Of a DNA stretch of 64,000 nt, positions 20,825 through 31,795 are shown in pieces. Made by a program: the position numbers and the translations under genes. The notes below the pieces were generated by a model. That model ran no database searches and was not told where the DNA came from. It saw only the letters and a list, made by a program, of their open reading frames with translations. The stretch is from an uncultured Planctomycetaceae bacterium (GTDB taxonomy: Bacteria; Planctomycetota; Planctomycetia; Pirellulales; PALSA-1355). Numbering within the stretch: position 1 is the first letter of the stretch; every line of letters starts with the position of its first letter. The DNA lies in the NCBI GenBank assembly GCA_963785305.1, contig CAWAUV010000007.1:960270-1024269 (forward strand), written 5' to 3'.

Positions 20825-22615
20825 ATGCCGATTCGCGTTTACAACACGCTCAGCAAAACCAAGGAGCCCTTCGAGACGGTGACGCCCGGCCGCGTGGGCA
20901 TCTATCTCTGCGGACCCACGGTTTACAAGCCCAGCCATATCGGCCACATGGTCGGGCCCGTGATCTTCGACGCCGTGAAGCGGTATCTCACCTACTCCGG
21001 CTATCGAGTGACGCTGGTCATCAATATCACCGATGTCGACGACAAGCTCATCAAGGAATCGCAGGCCCGGGGAATGACGATGGCCGCGCTGGCCGCGGAA
21101 ATGACGGCCGATTATTCCCGCAATCTCGAGACGATGGGCGTCGACACGGTCGACCATTTTCCCAAGGCCACCGAGAGCATCGACGAAATCATCCGGCTCA
21201 CGGCCACGCTGGTCGAAAAGGGATTTGCCTACGAATCGGCCGGCGACGTGTATTTCGATGTGCTCAAGGATCATGAATACGGCAAGCTGAGCCATCGCGA
21301 CGTGGCGAGCATGCACGGCGAGGGCGGCGACATGGCCGACCGCAAGCATTCGGCCGCCGACTTCGCTCTGTGGAAAAGCGCCAAGCCGGGCGAACCGTCG
21401 TGGGATAGTCCCTGGGGCAAGGGCCGGCCGGGTTGGCATATCGAATGCTCGGCCATGAGCCGCCGCCTACTGGGCGAAACCTTCGATATCCACGGCGGCG
21501 GGCTCGATCTCGTGTTTCCGCATCACGAAAACGAAATCGCCCAAAGCGAATGCTGCCACGGCAAGCCGCTGGCCAAATACTGGATGCACAACGGCCTGAT
21601 GCAAGCCTCGGATGAAGTGGGCAAAGTCGGCGGTCGCAATACCCGAGCCGGCGAAAAGCCCGCGGAAGCCGTCCCGCGTCTGGGCGATCAGGCGGCCCAA
21701 GAGGCCGGCAAGATCGGCAAATCGAAAGGCGCGAGCCCCTTTACCGAGTTGCTCAAGGAGCATGCCGCCGAGACGATCCGGTTCTTCCTGCTTTCGACCC
21801 ATTACCGCAGGCCGATCGACTTTGGCGACGCGCGGCTCCGCGAGGCCCACACCGCGATCGAGCAGTTCTACCGGTTCTTCAAGCGCTTTCAGCGCGTGAC
21901 GAACAAGAATTTCCACGAGCTGGCCGCGCCGACGACCCGGCAAGCCGGCGACGCGCTGGCGGCCAAGGGGGATGCGCTGCTCGAACAAGTCGCCCAACTT
22001 CGCGCTCGTTTTCTCGAAGCGATGGACGACGACTTCAACACCGGCGGCGCCACGGCCGATCTCTTCGAGCTAGTGCGCACGCTGAACAAAACCATCGACG
22101 AGCACAATCTCGAAGCGCCCGGCAAAGCCGACCCCGCCAGGCTCGCCGCGCTCGCGACCGGGGCCACGGTGCTCCGCGAATTGGCCGGCGTCATGGGGCT
22201 GTTTCGCAAGCCACCCCGCGAGCCGGGCGAGGGCGGCGACGCGCTGCTCGGCCAGGTGATGTCGCTCCTGATCGATCTGCGCGCCGAAGCCCGCAAGAAG
22301 AAAGACTTCGCCACGAGCGACCGGATTCGCAACGGTTTGGCCGAGATCGGAATCGCGCTCGAAGATCGTCCCGGCGGCACCGAGTGGCAGGCGCCAGGCC
22401 GCCCGCATGACCACCCTTCGCATTCTGGGCGTCGACCCGGGATTGAACATCACTGGCTACGGGGTCTTGGAAGTCGGCGCCGGCGGAGTGCGCGTGTGCG
22501 AGGCGGGCGTCGTGCGCGGACGCTCGCGCGGCGATCTCGTGGCCCGGCTGCTCGAAATCCACGCCGGCGTGGCCGAAGTGATCGCCGCCTACAGCCCGAC
22601 GGCCATGGCGCTTGA
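20825..22615 (+). CDS. cysS: cysteine--tRNA ligase. As read, the ORF overruns 209 nt into ruvC, and the true stop is probably TGA 22408-22410.
   Basis: MPIRVYNTLS..., the HIGH motif SHIGHMVGP, WHIECSAM, and a KMSKS-like KIGKSKG. The conserved end ...LEDRPGGTEW is followed by Arg/Pro-rich run-on sequence. Confidence 0.85.
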   Translation: MPIRVYNTLSKTKEPFETVTPGRVGIYLCGPTVYKPSHIGHMVGPVIFDAVKRYLTYSGYRVTLVINITDVDDKLIKESQARGMTMAALAAEMTADYSRNLETMGVDTVDHFPKATESIDEIIRLTATLVEKGFAYESAGDVYFDVLKDHEYGKLSHRDVASMHGEGGDMADRKHSAADFALWKSAKPGEPSWDSPWGKGRPGWHIECSAMSRRLLGETFDIHGGGLDLVFPHHENEIAQSECCHGKPLAKYWMHNGLMQASDEVGKVGGRNTRAGEKPAEAVPRLGDQAAQEAGKIGKSKGASPFTELLKEHAAETIRFFLLSTHYRRPIDFGDARLREAHTAIEQFYRFFKRFQRVTNKNFHELAAPTTRQAGDALAAKGDALLEQVAQLRARFLEAMDDDFNTGGATADLFELVRTLNKTIDEHNLEAPGKADPARLAALATGATVLRELAGVMGLFRKPPREPGEGGDALLGQVMSLLIDLRAEARKKKDFATSDRIRNGLAEIGIALEDRPGGTEWQAPGRPHDHPSHSGRRPGIEHHWLRGLGSRRRRSARVRGGRRARTLARRSRGPAARNPRRRGRSDRRLQPDGHGA

Positions 22616-22970
22616 GCAACTGTATTCGCATATCAAGCAGCCCCGCACTTCGATCTTGATGGGCCACGCGCGGGGCGTGATCTGTTTGGCCGCCGCCCAG
22701 GCCGAGGTGCCGGTCGTGCATTATTCGGCGACCCAAATCAAAAAGGTGCTCACCGGGGCCGGCCGTGCGCCCAAGTCGCAAATGCAGCAGGCGATCCAGC
22801 GGGAATTGAAACTGGCCAAGATGCCCGAGCCGGCCGATGTGGCCGATGCGTTGGCGGTGGCGATTTGTCATTACTATTTACAGGCGCGACGAGCTCTGGC
22901 GGCCGAAGTCAATCCGCTCAAGGCGATCGCCGCCGAGGGAGCGCGGCGCGCCGCCGCGAACGACGCGTGA
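22407..22970 (+). CDS. ruvC: crossover junction endodeoxyribonuclease RuvC
   Basis: [49 protein letters not shown]. Confidence 0.9.
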   Translation: MTTLRILGVDPGLNITGYGVLEVGAGGVRVCEAGVVRGRSRGDLVARLLEIHAGVAEVIAAYSPTAMALEQLYSHIKQPRTSILMGHARGVICLAAAQAEVPVVHYSATQIKKVLTGAGRAPKSQMQQAIQRELKLAKMPEPADVADALAVAICHYYLQARRALAAEVNPLKAIAAEGARRAAANDA

Positions 22971-23596
22971 TTACCAAGATTACCGGGCGCCTTTGCCGGC
23001 TCGAATCCGATGCCGCCACGCTCGCCATCGACGCCTTCGAGCACGAAGTGTTCATTCCCGAATTCACCCGCCGCCGCTTGCAAGCGCAGCTCGGCCAAGA
23101 GGTGAGTCTCCACACGATCGAATATCTCGAAGGCAACCCGATGCAAGGCCGGCTCACGCCGCGGCTGGTCGGCTTTCTGAGCGAAGTCGAACGCGAGTTC
23201 TTCGAGCTGTTTTGCTCGGTCGACGGGGTGGGCGTGAAGAAAGCGCTCCGGGCCATGGTGCGGCCGGTGCATGAGGTGGCCACGGCCATCGAGGAGCAAG
23301 ATAGCAAGACGCTCAGTGGCCTACCGGGCATCGGCGCGGCGATGAGCGAACGCATCGTGGCCAAGCTGCGCCGCAAAGTGCCGAAGTTCGCCCTGCTCGT
23401 GGCGCGGGAAATTCCCTACGAGGCCGAAGTCGAGACCGATGTGGTGCGCGAAACCTTCGACGCTCTCCGCACGCTCGGCCACTCGGAGAGCGATGCCCGC
23501 CGGTTGATCGACGCCGCCGTGGGCCAAAAGAAGAAATACAAGGATGTGCAAGACCTGATCCAGGCCATCTATCAGCAAACCCGCGCCGGCGGCTGA
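22967..23596 (+). CDS. ruvA: Holliday junction branch migration complex subunit RuvA
   Basis: The GTG start overlaps the ruvC stop (GTGA). VITKITGRL..., [35 protein letters not shown], and a C-terminal domain with [12 protein letters not shown]. Confidence 0.85.
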   Translation: MITKITGRLCRLESDAATLAIDAFEHEVFIPEFTRRRLQAQLGQEVSLHTIEYLEGNPMQGRLTPRLVGFLSEVEREFFELFCSVDGVGVKKALRAMVRPVHEVATAIEEQDSKTLSGLPGIGAAMSERIVAKLRRKVPKFALLVAREIPYEAEVETDVVRETFDALRTLGHSESDARRLIDAAVGQKKKYKDVQDLIQAIYQQTRAGG

Positions 23597-23638
23597 GCAG
23601 CAGGCGAGGAATAACGTCCTGATTCAAGGACAGCCAAC

Positions 23639-23712
23639 ACAAGCCTGAAGCGCCAGCGAAGTATTCCCGGCGGGCCGGTGAGGGAGTCCCGTCGCTCGCG
23701 CTCCGGGCTTGT
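23639..23712. repeat. dispersed palindromic repeat family, copy B (hairpin)
   Basis: ACAAGCCTGAAGCGCCAGCGAAG (23639-23661) pairs with TCGCTCGCGCTCCGGGCTTGT (23692-23712), 18/21 complementary. Intergenic, downstream of ruvA. Confidence 0.75.
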
Positions 23713-23920
23713 GTGCGCGGAGGAATTCCCCTGCCGGCGCTTCGGGTGGGGATGGAAAGAGCGGACCGGACGCGGCGTTTCAATCACAACCTGAAACACA
23801 CCTGAGGCCAAAGGTTCTAAAGTCCCGCGTCGGGCAGACAAGCGGCGGCGGCGCCGGTACAATTTTCGACTGCCCGGCGGATTCGGGCCATCGCCCGGCG
23901 TCGGCGCTCGGGGTGACCTT

Positions 23921-24439
23921 TTGTGGGACGCGTGTGCAGTGGCAGCGACTTCGCCTCCAGATTTGCCGTTGATCGGTTGGCGCGAATGGCTCGAGCTGCC
24001 AGGACTGGGTATTGCGTACATCAAGGCCAAGGTCGACACCGGCGCTCGCAGCGCGGCGCTCCATGCGTTTGATCTCGAAGAGTTCACGAGCCCGGCCGGC
24101 GACCCGATGGTGCGGTTCAAAGTGCATCCGTTCCAGCGCGATCTGGCGACCGTGGTGGTGTGCGAAGCGCCGCTGGTCGACCGGCGTCGGGTGCGAAGCT
24201 CGCATGGAAACGAAACGCTTCGGCCCGTGATTCGCACCACGTTGCTGCTGGCCGGCATGAATACCGAAATCGAGGTCACGCTCGCGGCCCGCGACACCAT
24301 GGGTTTTCGCATGCTGCTTGGTCGCGAGGCGATTCGCCGCCGTTTCGTGATCGACCCGAACCGATCGTTTATCACGGGCCGCCGCAAGGTTCGCCGCAAG
24401 AAAATTCGCAAGAATCGGAAGAAGAAGAGGAATCCATGA
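23921..24439 (+). CDS. RimK-associated ATP-dependent zinc protease-like / retropepsin-like protein (RimB-like)
   Basis: [33 protein letters not shown]...[11 protein letters not shown] matches the Zn_protease (DUF785) pattern. There is an ATGA overlap with rimK. Confidence 0.7.
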   Translation: MWDACAVAATSPPDLPLIGWREWLELPGLGIAYIKAKVDTGARSAALHAFDLEEFTSPAGDPMVRFKVHPFQRDLATVVVCEAPLVDRRRVRSSHGNETLRPVIRTTLLLAGMNTEIEVTLAARDTMGFRMLLGREAIRRRFVIDPNRSFITGRRKVRRKKIRKNRKKKRNP

Positions 24440-25341
24440 AGATCGCGATCCTTTCTCAAAAAGCGTCGCTGTATTCCACTCGTCGGCTGAAAGAAGCCGG
24501 CGAGCAGCGGGGCCACGAGATGCATGTGGTGAATTACTTGCGCTGCTATATGAACATCACCTCGCACAAGCCGATGGTGGTGTATCAGGGCAAGAATCTC
24601 GAAGCGTTCGACGCGATCATTCCCCGCATCGGGGCCAGCAAGACCTTTTACGGCACGGCGGTCGTGCGGCAATTCGAAATGATGGGCACCTTTCCGGCCA
24701 ATGAATCGCAGGCGATCACTCGGTCGCGCGATAAGCTGCGCTGTCTGCAGTTGCTCGCCCGGCAAGGCATCGGCTTGCCGGTCACGGGCTTCGCCAACTC
24801 GACCAAGGACATCGATGGGCTGATCAATATCGTCAACGGGGCGCCGCTGGTCATCAAGCTCCTCGAAGGCACGCAAGGCATCGGAGTGATTCTGGCCGAA
24901 ACCAACAAAGCGGCCGAAGCGGTAATCGAGGCCTTTCGCGGGCTCGACGCGAATATCTTGGTGCAGGAATTCATCAAGGAGGCGGGCGGCTCGGATATCC
25001 GGGTGTTCGTGGTGGGACAAAAAATCGTAGCCTCGATGCGACGCACCGGAGCCCCCGGCGAGTTTCGCTCGAATTTGCATCGCGGCGGCACGGCCGAAAA
25101 AATCAAGCTCACTCCCGAGGAACGAAGCACCGCCCTGAGGGCCGCCAAGGCCATGGGCCTGGCCGTGGCCGGCGTCGATCTCTTGCGATCGAACCACGGG
25201 CCGGTGGTCATGGAGGTCAACTCGTCGCCGGGCCTCGAGGGCATCGAAAAAGCGAGCGGGATCGATGTGGCCGCCGCGGTGATCAAGTACATCGAGAAGA
25301 AGGCCGCCCTCGGCAAAACCAAGGACCGCATCCGCGGCTAG
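24436..25341 (+). CDS. rimK: 30S ribosomal protein S6--L-glutamate ligase RimK (ATP-grasp)
   Basis: MKIAILS..., [65 protein letters not shown]. Confidence 0.9.
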   Translation: MKIAILSQKASLYSTRRLKEAGEQRGHEMHVVNYLRCYMNITSHKPMVVYQGKNLEAFDAIIPRIGASKTFYGTAVVRQFEMMGTFPANESQAITRSRDKLRCLQLLARQGIGLPVTGFANSTKDIDGLINIVNGAPLVIKLLEGTQGIGVILAETNKAAEAVIEAFRGLDANILVQEFIKEAGGSDIRVFVVGQKIVASMRRTGAPGEFRSNLHRGGTAEKIKLTPEERSTALRAAKAMGLAVAGVDLLRSNHGPVVMEVNSSPGLEGIEKASGIDVAAAVIKYIEKKAALGKTKDRIRG

Positions 25342-25397
25342 CCCATTGTGCTCCCGCGGACTAGATCGATGCCCCCTTTCATCAAGAATGATTTTCC

Positions 25398-26693
25398 ATG
25401 GCGGCTTTTGATTCTGCCGGTTCGTTTCCGCCGCTGGCCGGCCGGCCGCCGGTGCTGACCGTCTCGCAGCTTACGGCCGAGATCAAGGACGCGCTCGAGG
25501 CCACGTGGCCCGATGTGTGGGTCAGCGGCGAGATTTCGAATTTTTCCCGCCCGCAGTCGGGCCACGCCTATTTCACGCTCAAGGACGACGATGCTCAGAT
25601 TCGCGCCGTCATGTGGCGTTCGACCGCCCAGCGCGTGCGATTCGATCTGGAAGACGGGCTCGAAGTCATCTGCCGCGGCGCGCTCGATGTGTATGCGCCT
25701 CGCGGCAGTTATCAATTGGTCGTATCGGCCATGGAGCCACGCGGCTTGGGAGCGCTCGAGCAGCGGCTGCGCCAATCTGCGCGCAAGCTCGCGGCCGAGG
25801 GACTCTTCGACCCGGGGCGAAAGCGTTTGCTGCCGCGCTTTCCGCGCCGGATCGCCGTGGTCACAAGTCCCACCGGCGCGGCGGTGCGCGACTTTTTGGA
25901 AGTGATTCGCCGTCGCTGGCGCGGGGTCGATGTGCTGGTCGTGCCCACGCCGGTGCAAGGCGAAGGCGCCGCCGCCAAGATCGCCGCCGCCATCGGCGCC
26001 GTGAATCGCATGTCGCTCTCGGTCGATGTGCTGGTCGTGGCTCGCGGCGGCGGGAGCCTCGAAGACCTGTGGGCTTTCAACGAAGAAGCCGTGGTGCGGG
26101 CGATCCATGCCTCGCGAATTCCGGTCGTCTCGGGCGTGGGCCACGAGATCGATGTCACGCTGGCCGATCTCGTGGCCGATGTTCGCGCGCTCACTCCGAG
26201 CGAGGCGGCCGAACGCGTCGTGCCGGCGATGGACGAAGTGGCGTCGCTGCTCGACCGCCAGCGCCGGCGGCTCGCGACGGCCCTCGCCACTCGGGCGGCG
26301 AGGGCCCGAATGCGACTCGATCACTTGGCCAGCCGGCGACCCTTTGCCCATCCGCTCGACGGCGTGCATGCTTTGGCCCAGCGGCTCGATGAACTTTCGG
26401 CCCGGGCAACGCGAGCGGTGCAAACTCGCCTGACGCGACTGCGCGACGCGGCCAACGCGCGCTCGCGGCAGATCGAGGCGCTGAGTCCCTTGGCGGTGCT
26501 CGCGCGCGGCTATAGTCTGACTCGGAAGATCGCGTCGGCGGGGGACGAGGGCCACGAGGCTGGCGAGGCGTCGGCCGCGAACGGCGTGCTGGTGCGCGGC
26601 GCGGCGCAGTTGGCCGTGGGCGATCGCTTGCGGAGTCGCTTTGCCCAGGGCGAGGCGATCAGTCGTGTCGAGCAAGTGATCGAAAAAGCGTAA
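25398..26693 (+). CDS. xseA: exodeoxyribonuclease VII large subunit
   Basis: LTVSQLTAEIKDALE..VWVSGEISNFSRPQSGHAYFTLKD, IAVVTSPTGAAVRDF, ARGGGSLEDLWAFNEE, VSGVGHEIDVTLAD. Confidence 0.9.
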   Translation: MAAFDSAGSFPPLAGRPPVLTVSQLTAEIKDALEATWPDVWVSGEISNFSRPQSGHAYFTLKDDDAQIRAVMWRSTAQRVRFDLEDGLEVICRGALDVYAPRGSYQLVVSAMEPRGLGALEQRLRQSARKLAAEGLFDPGRKRLLPRFPRRIAVVTSPTGAAVRDFLEVIRRRWRGVDVLVVPTPVQGEGAAAKIAAAIGAVNRMSLSVDVLVVARGGGSLEDLWAFNEEAVVRAIHASRIPVVSGVGHEIDVTLADLVADVRALTPSEAAERVVPAMDEVASLLDRQRRRLATALATRAARARMRLDHLASRRPFAHPLDGVHALAQRLDELSARATRAVQTRLTRLRDAANARSRQIEALSPLAVLARGYSLTRKIASAGDEGHEAGEASAANGVLVRGAAQLAVGDRLRSRFAQGEAISRVEQVIEKA

Positions 26694-26764
26694 CGGGTTC
26701 TTTTCATTGAATTTTGTCGCCGCTCGCCCCCAACGAGGCCGCGAGCCGCGAGGAGCAAGCGTTT

Positions 26765-27214
26765 ATGGCAGGCGATGCAAACAGTTCGGCGGCGACGCCC
26801 ACCTTCGAGGAAGCGCTCGCGCGGCTCGAGACCGTGACGCTCGCGCTCGAAGAGGGCCGCATCGGGCTGGCCGAAAGCTTGGCCTGCTATGAAGAAGGCA
26901 TCAAGCTCTTGCGACAATGTTATGGTCTGTTGGAAAAAGCCGAACAGCGTATCGAACTGCTCAGCCGCGTGAGCGTGGCTGGCGAGGCCACGACCGAGCC
27001 GTTTGGCGAACCCTCGCAATCGCTCGAAGAAAAAACCGCGCAGCGGAGCCGCCGCCGCTCCAGAAAGCCAGCCGCCGCCGAGTCGCCGTCTGGCGTCGCG
27101 GGGGGCGCCGAAGCGCCATCGCCGGCTTCCGACATGCCCGACCCCTCGAGCCAACCCTCCGAAGCCACGGGCGAAGAAGCTCGGGACGACGAGCATCCCC
27201 GTTCGTTGTTCTAA
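26765..27214 (+). CDS. xseB: exodeoxyribonuclease VII small subunit with an extended acidic/Pro-rich tail
   Basis: FEEALARLETVTLALEEGRIGLAESLACYEEGIKLLRQCYGLLEKAEQRIELL. Its position between xseA and ispA supports the call. Confidence 0.75.
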   Translation: MAGDANSSAATPTFEEALARLETVTLALEEGRIGLAESLACYEEGIKLLRQCYGLLEKAEQRIELLSRVSVAGEATTEPFGEPSQSLEEKTAQRSRRRSRKPAAAESPSGVAGGAEAPSPASDMPDPSSQPSEATGEEARDDEHPRSLF

Positions 27215-27490
27215 TTGCGCGGCGATCGGTCGGCGGCGGCCGGCGCGGGGGAAATCTGGACCCGGTGAGTGCGCGAATGCCGGTCGCGCAAAGTTTAACG
27301 GCCGAAATTGAGCGATCTGGCCGCGCTTTGTGGTTTTATGCCGAAATCCGGGCTTGAGCTTGGCTTTCCGGATTCGGCTCGGGAATTTACAATACCGTCA
27401 GCCGGGGGCGGCTCGCGGCGCCCGGCCCGAGTTCATAGCGCGACGGATCTCGGGGTCTGTCCGCCTTTTCACGCTTCGTTGAGCTGATGC

Positions 27491-28384
27491 ATGGCAATCA
27501 CGGATACACCGTTCGAAGCTCACGCCGCCACCCTTCGCTCCGAGATCGATCGGACTCTCGACGCTTACACGCGATTCGACTCCGGATGCCCCGACTCGCT
27601 ACGGGAGGCCATGCGCTATAGTCTGCTCGCGCCGGGCAAGCGGCTGCGGCCGACTTTGGTGCTTTTGGCCGTGGAAGCCTGCGGCGCATCGCCGGCCGGG
27701 GCGCTGCCCGCGGCGGCGGCGGTCGAGATGATCCACGCCTATTCGCTCATCCACGACGATTTGCCGGCGATGGACGACGACGACCTGCGGCGCGGCCGGC
27801 CCACATGCCACAAAGCGTTTGACGAAGCCACCGCGATTCTCGCGGGCGACGCGCTCCTGGCCCTGGCCTTCGAAGTGCTGGCTCGCGAGCTTGAGCCGGG
27901 CGCCGTGGCGGCCGAGTGTTGCCGCATTCTGGCGCGAGCCGCCGGGGCCACGCAACTCGTCGGCGGACAGGCCGACGACCTCCAGGCCGAATTCTCCCCC
28001 GGCGACCTCAAGACGCTCGAATCGATCCATGCTCGCAAGACCGGGGCGATGATCGAGGCGTCGCTCGAATTGGGGGCTGTCGTGGCCGGCGCTGATTCCG
28101 CGGCTCGCGCCGCGCTCGGCGTGTATGGTCGCTGCTTGGGCCTCGCCTTTCAAATCACCGACGACCTGCTCGATGTGCGCGGCGACGCCACGGCGGTGGG
28201 CAAGCGAGTCGGCAAGGATTCGCATCGCGGCAAAGTCACGTTTCCCGGGGTGCTCGGCATTGATGAAAGTGTTCGCCGAGCCGAACAATTGATCGGCCAG
28301 GCCGCGGCGGCGATCGCGCCGTTGGGGCCCTCGGCCGCGGGCTTGGAAGCCCTGGCGCGCTATGTTCTGGAAAGGAATCACTGA
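27491..28384 (+). CDS. ispA: polyprenyl (farnesyl/geranylgeranyl) diphosphate synthase
   Basis: First Asp-rich motif LIHDDLPAMDDDDLRRG and second motif FQITDDLLD. The xseB-ispA-dxs order matches E. coli. Confidence 0.75.
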   Translation: MAITDTPFEAHAATLRSEIDRTLDAYTRFDSGCPDSLREAMRYSLLAPGKRLRPTLVLLAVEACGASPAGALPAAAAVEMIHAYSLIHDDLPAMDDDDLRRGRPTCHKAFDEATAILAGDALLALAFEVLARELEPGAVAAECCRILARAAGATQLVGGQADDLQAEFSPGDLKTLESIHARKTGAMIEASLELGAVVAGADSAARAALGVYGRCLGLAFQITDDLLDVRGDATAVGKRVGKDSHRGKVTFPGVLGIDESVRRAEQLIGQAAAAIAPLGPSAAGLEALARYVLERNH

Positions 28385-28385
28385 G

Positions 28386-30301
28386 ATGCATCCGCTGCTC
28401 TCCACAATCGAATCGCCGCGAGACCTTGCTCGGCTATCGCTCGTCGAGCTGGACCAACTCGCCAGCGAGATGCGCGATGTGCTTTGCGAACTGGTGTCGA
28501 ACCGCACCGCGCATTTTGCCTCGAACCTGGGCGTGATCGAGCTCTGCCTCGCCCTGCATACCACCTTCGACTTTCGCTCCGATCGACTGATCTGGGATAC
28601 CGGGCACCAGATTTATCCCCACAAACTGATCACCGGCCGATACCACGAGTTCGGCACCATTCGCACCAAGGGCGGCCTGATGGGCTACCCGAACCCGGTG
28701 GAAAGCGACTACGACCTCTTCGTCACCGGACACGCGGGTTCGAGTGTGTCGACCGCCCTGGGTCTGAAGAGCGGCGATGATCTGATGGGCGAAAAGCAGC
28801 GACGCTCGGTGGCCGTGATCGGCGACGGCGCTTTTCCCTCGGGCATCGTGTTCGAGGCCATGAACAATGCCGCCGGGCTGCGCAGCCGCTGCTCGTGATT
28901 CTCAATGACAATCAAATGTCGATCTGTCCGCGCGTGGGCGGCGTGGCCGAATATATGGATCGCCTGCGAACCAACACCTTCTACACCGGCTTGAAGCAAG
29001 AGATTCTCAAGGTGCTCAACCGAGTGCCGGTGTTGGGCGACCCGGCCGAGCGGTTCTTGGCCCAGATCAAGGAGGGCGTCAAAGCCGGGCTGCACGGCGG
29101 CATGTTGTTCGAGGAGCTCGGTTTCCGCTATATCGGTCCGGTCGATGGCCACAATATCGGCCAGTTGCGGAAGTATTTGGCCATGGTCAAGGACCTTGAA
29201 GGCCCGACGCTTCTGCATGTGTTCACCGAAAAAGGCCACGGTTTCAAGCCCGCCGCGGCCGATCCGGTGTATTTCCACGCGCCGGGGCCGTTTACCTGCG
29301 AAGACGAAGCGGTGATTCCGCTGCAAAAGTCGTCGAGCCGCGCGTATACCGACGTGGCCAGCGGCGCGATCCACGAGCAAATGACTCGCAACCCGCGCGT
29401 CACCACGCTGACGGCCGCCATGTGCCAAGGCAATAAACTCGAGCGAGTGCGGGAATCGTTTCCCGATCGATTCTTCGATGTCGGCATTTGCGAGTCGCAC
29501 GCCGTGGCTTTTGCCGCCGGGCAAGCCAAGGCCGGCATGCGGCCGATCGTGGATATCTACAGCACTTTCCTGCAGCGGAGCTTCGACCAAATTTTCCAAG
29601 AGGTGTCGCTCCAAAATCTGCCGGTGACGATGATGCTCGATCGCGGTGGCATCGCCGGGGCCGACGGGCCCACGCATCACGGCATGTTCGACCTCGGCTA
29701 CATGCGCGTGTTTCCCAATATCGTGGTCACCGCGCCGGGCGATGCTTGGGACCTCGCCGCGCTCTTGGACTTTGCCTTGAGCCACGATTCTCCGGTCTCG
29801 ATTCGTTATCCCAAAGCCGCGGCCGAAACGCTCGACCGCGAGCGGGCCCCGATCGAGCTCGGCCGGGCCGAAGTGCTCGATTGGGGGCAAGATGGCGTGC
29901 TCATCGCCTGCGGCACATTGCTCACCAATTGCCTCAAGGCCGCGGCCGAGCTGCGCGAGGAAGGGCTCGACGTGGGGGTGATCAATGCCCGCTTCGTTCG
30001 CCCGCTCGACACCGAAACTTTGCTGAAGGCGGTGGAAAACGCGCCGTTTGTGATTACGGTGGAAGAGGGCGCCTTGGCTGGCGGTTTTGGCGGCGCGGTG
30101 CTCGAAGCCGCCAGCGACGCCGGGCTCTCGACGGCCCATGTTCGCCGTTTGGGCGTGGGCGATCATTTCGTGGAGCATGGCGAGCGGGGCGAACTGCTGG
30201 CCGACCTGGGACTCGACGCCGCCGGCATCGCCCGCAAATGCCGCGAACTGGCCGCCAAATCGAACCGCGCGGTGGTCGGCGCCCGGCGGCGGGTATCATA
30301 A
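28386..30301 (+). CDS. dxs: 1-deoxy-D-xylulose-5-phosphate synthase; one frame switch
   Basis: HFASNLGVIELCLALH, DTGHQIYPHKLITGR, GHAGSSVSTALG, VIGDGAFPSG in ORF 28362..28898. Then ILNDNQMSI..., ICESHAVAFAAG, DRGGIAGADGPTHHG in ORF 28895..30301. The join is near 28886. Confidence 0.9.
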
Positions 30302-30304
30302 AAA

Positions 30305-30335
30305 GCAAGTCGCGACAGTGTCGCGACTTGCTTTG
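30305..30335 (+). terminator. rho-independent terminator downstream of dxs
   Basis: Perfect 12-bp stem GCAAGTCGCGAC / GTCGCGACTTGC around a 3-nt centre, followed by TTTG and preceded by AAAA. It begins 4 nt after the dxs stop. Confidence 0.7.
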
Positions 30336-30476
30336 TCGTCAGGAGCCATGTTGTTCGGCGCCTCGCGCCAATCTATATTGATGGCGTCGACAGGGCTTCG
30401 ATCGCGGGGTTTTTCGTTTCCTGGTCCGCCGCGAGATTCTGGCCGTTCCCACGCATTGCAATTTCAAGTGGGTCGC

Positions 30477-31298
30477 ATGTCGATGGATTCAAACCCGTTG
30501 CCGCGTTTCCAAAGTCCTCCGGTCGTGGATACGATCATGGGGATTTTTTTTGACGCTCCCAGTTTCGATCTTGTGCGCCGGGTTCGTTTTGTGGACCGCT
30601 TTCTGGTCGATCGGTTTCCGCGCGTTGAAGAGGCGCCGCCACTCCCGGAATTTCAAGAACAATTCGCGGCCGCGCCGATAACTTCGACGCCGATCATTCG
30701 CTGGACGTCGGGCATCCCCGGACCGCGGTTCAGCGGCAAGACCGTCGACGGCAAGCATACGCTTCAAATTCAATCGAACGCGATCATTGCAGCCTGGACC
30801 CCGGGCCTGGAACGCGACGAGGACTATGTCGCGTATTCGCGGCGCCGCGAGGATTTCCTTTCACATTGGAACTCGCTGAGAGAGTTTTTCGAGAAAATGG
30901 AGATTCCGCCGCCGCAACCCTCGACATGCTTTATCAGCTATGTGAACCACATCGAGCCCGACGGCGACCAATCTTTCGCGGAAATCGCGGAAAACACGTT
31001 TACGAATTGGCGGAACACCGGCGATTCATGGCTGCCGCCGGTCGAGAGTTCCTTGATTCAAATGTCGTTTCTCATGCCCGATCGCGCGGGCCGACTGCAT
31101 GCTCACATTGTCCGGGCCCAGCGGCGCGCCGATCAGCGAGACATTGTTCGGTTCGAACTCACCGCTCGCAGCGCTTCGCCGCATGCTAAAATTGAAAAGG
31201 CGTTCGAGTGGCTCGACCTGGGGCATGAGTGGATCGTCCGCGGATTCGATTCGCTGACGACGCCCGCGGCCCACCGGCGTTGGAGAAAAGTTCAATGA
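30477..31298 (+). CDS. uncharacterised protein, TIGR04255-like (recalled from the N-terminal motif)
   Basis: 273-aa ORF. The N-terminus LPRFQSPPVVDTIMGIFFD resembles the P-P-V-x-E-V...F start of the TIGR04255 family as I recall it. Lower GC than the flanks. Its stop overlaps the next start (ATGA at 31295-31298). Confidence 0.5.
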   Translation: MSMDSNPLPRFQSPPVVDTIMGIFFDAPSFDLVRRVRFVDRFLVDRFPRVEEAPPLPEFQEQFAAAPITSTPIIRWTSGIPGPRFSGKTVDGKHTLQIQSNAIIAAWTPGLERDEDYVAYSRRREDFLSHWNSLREFFEKMEIPPPQPSTCFISYVNHIEPDGDQSFAEIAENTFTNWRNTGDSWLPPVESSLIQMSFLMPDRAGRLHAHIVRAQRRADQRDIVRFELTARSASPHAKIEKAFEWLDLGHEWIVRGFDSLTTPAAHRRWRKVQ

Positions 31299-31765
31299 CC
31301 TCATTAGCGCTCGAAGACTCGGCCGTGGTGGCCTATGACGAGGAACGTGCGAATATCTCTCGCAACAACGAACCACTGCGTTTCTCGACATATCAAGAAC
31401 TCCAGCTTCCATCGTGGTTTTTTGGCCTTCGCAGCCGGTTTCAGGCGATTGAACAACTCGCCGATGGCTGGGACTCGAACGGCGCCGCGGCCCCTCTTCG
31501 CGGGATCGTTGCCAACGCCGAGCGGCTGATCATGGAGATTGCGTTACGCGAACCTCGCCTCGCGTCGCCATCGATTAGCCCCACGCCGAGTGGCGGGGTC
31601 CAGTTCGCCTGGGAAAAGGTGGATCGCTACTTCGAAATCGAGTTGATCGATGAATCCACTGCCGAGTATTTTTTCGAAAACCGGCGGACCAGGAAAAATG
31701 CGGTGGGCGAAATTCGCTTGGGGGAACCTATCAACCCCATATTGTCCTATCTCGATTTCCAGTGA
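31295..31765 (+). CDS. hypothetical protein (156 aa), translationally coupled to the upstream gene
   Basis: Clean ORF in a low-GC patch containing LADGWDSNGAAAP...SISPTPSGGVQFAWEKVDRYFEIELIDES. No family name can be supported. Confidence 0.5.
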   Translation: MTSLALEDSAVVAYDEERANISRNNEPLRFSTYQELQLPSWFFGLRSRFQAIEQLADGWDSNGAAAPLRGIVANAERLIMEIALREPRLASPSISPTPSGGVQFAWEKVDRYFEIELIDESTAEYFFENRRTRKNAVGEIRLGEPINPILSYLDFQ

Positions 31766-31795
31766 AACGGCCGGCTTGCGTCCGAGGCAGCGATC

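Noticed and set aside
23572-25197. 541-aa minus-strand ORF. Similar long ORFs occur at 25338-26675 (-), 28709-30178 (-), 14391-15851 (-) and 51996-53501 (+).
   Set aside because: All are antisense to strongly recognisable genes (rimK, xseA, dxs, the DUF805/SRPBCC gene, sucA). They have skewed Arg/His/Gly composition typical of GC-rich shadow frames.
28731-28750. tRNA T-loop-like GGGTTCGAG
   Set aside because: It lies inside the dxs coding sequence (HAGSSVS) with no cloverleaf context. No other T-loop-like matches in intergenic DNA were found by eye.
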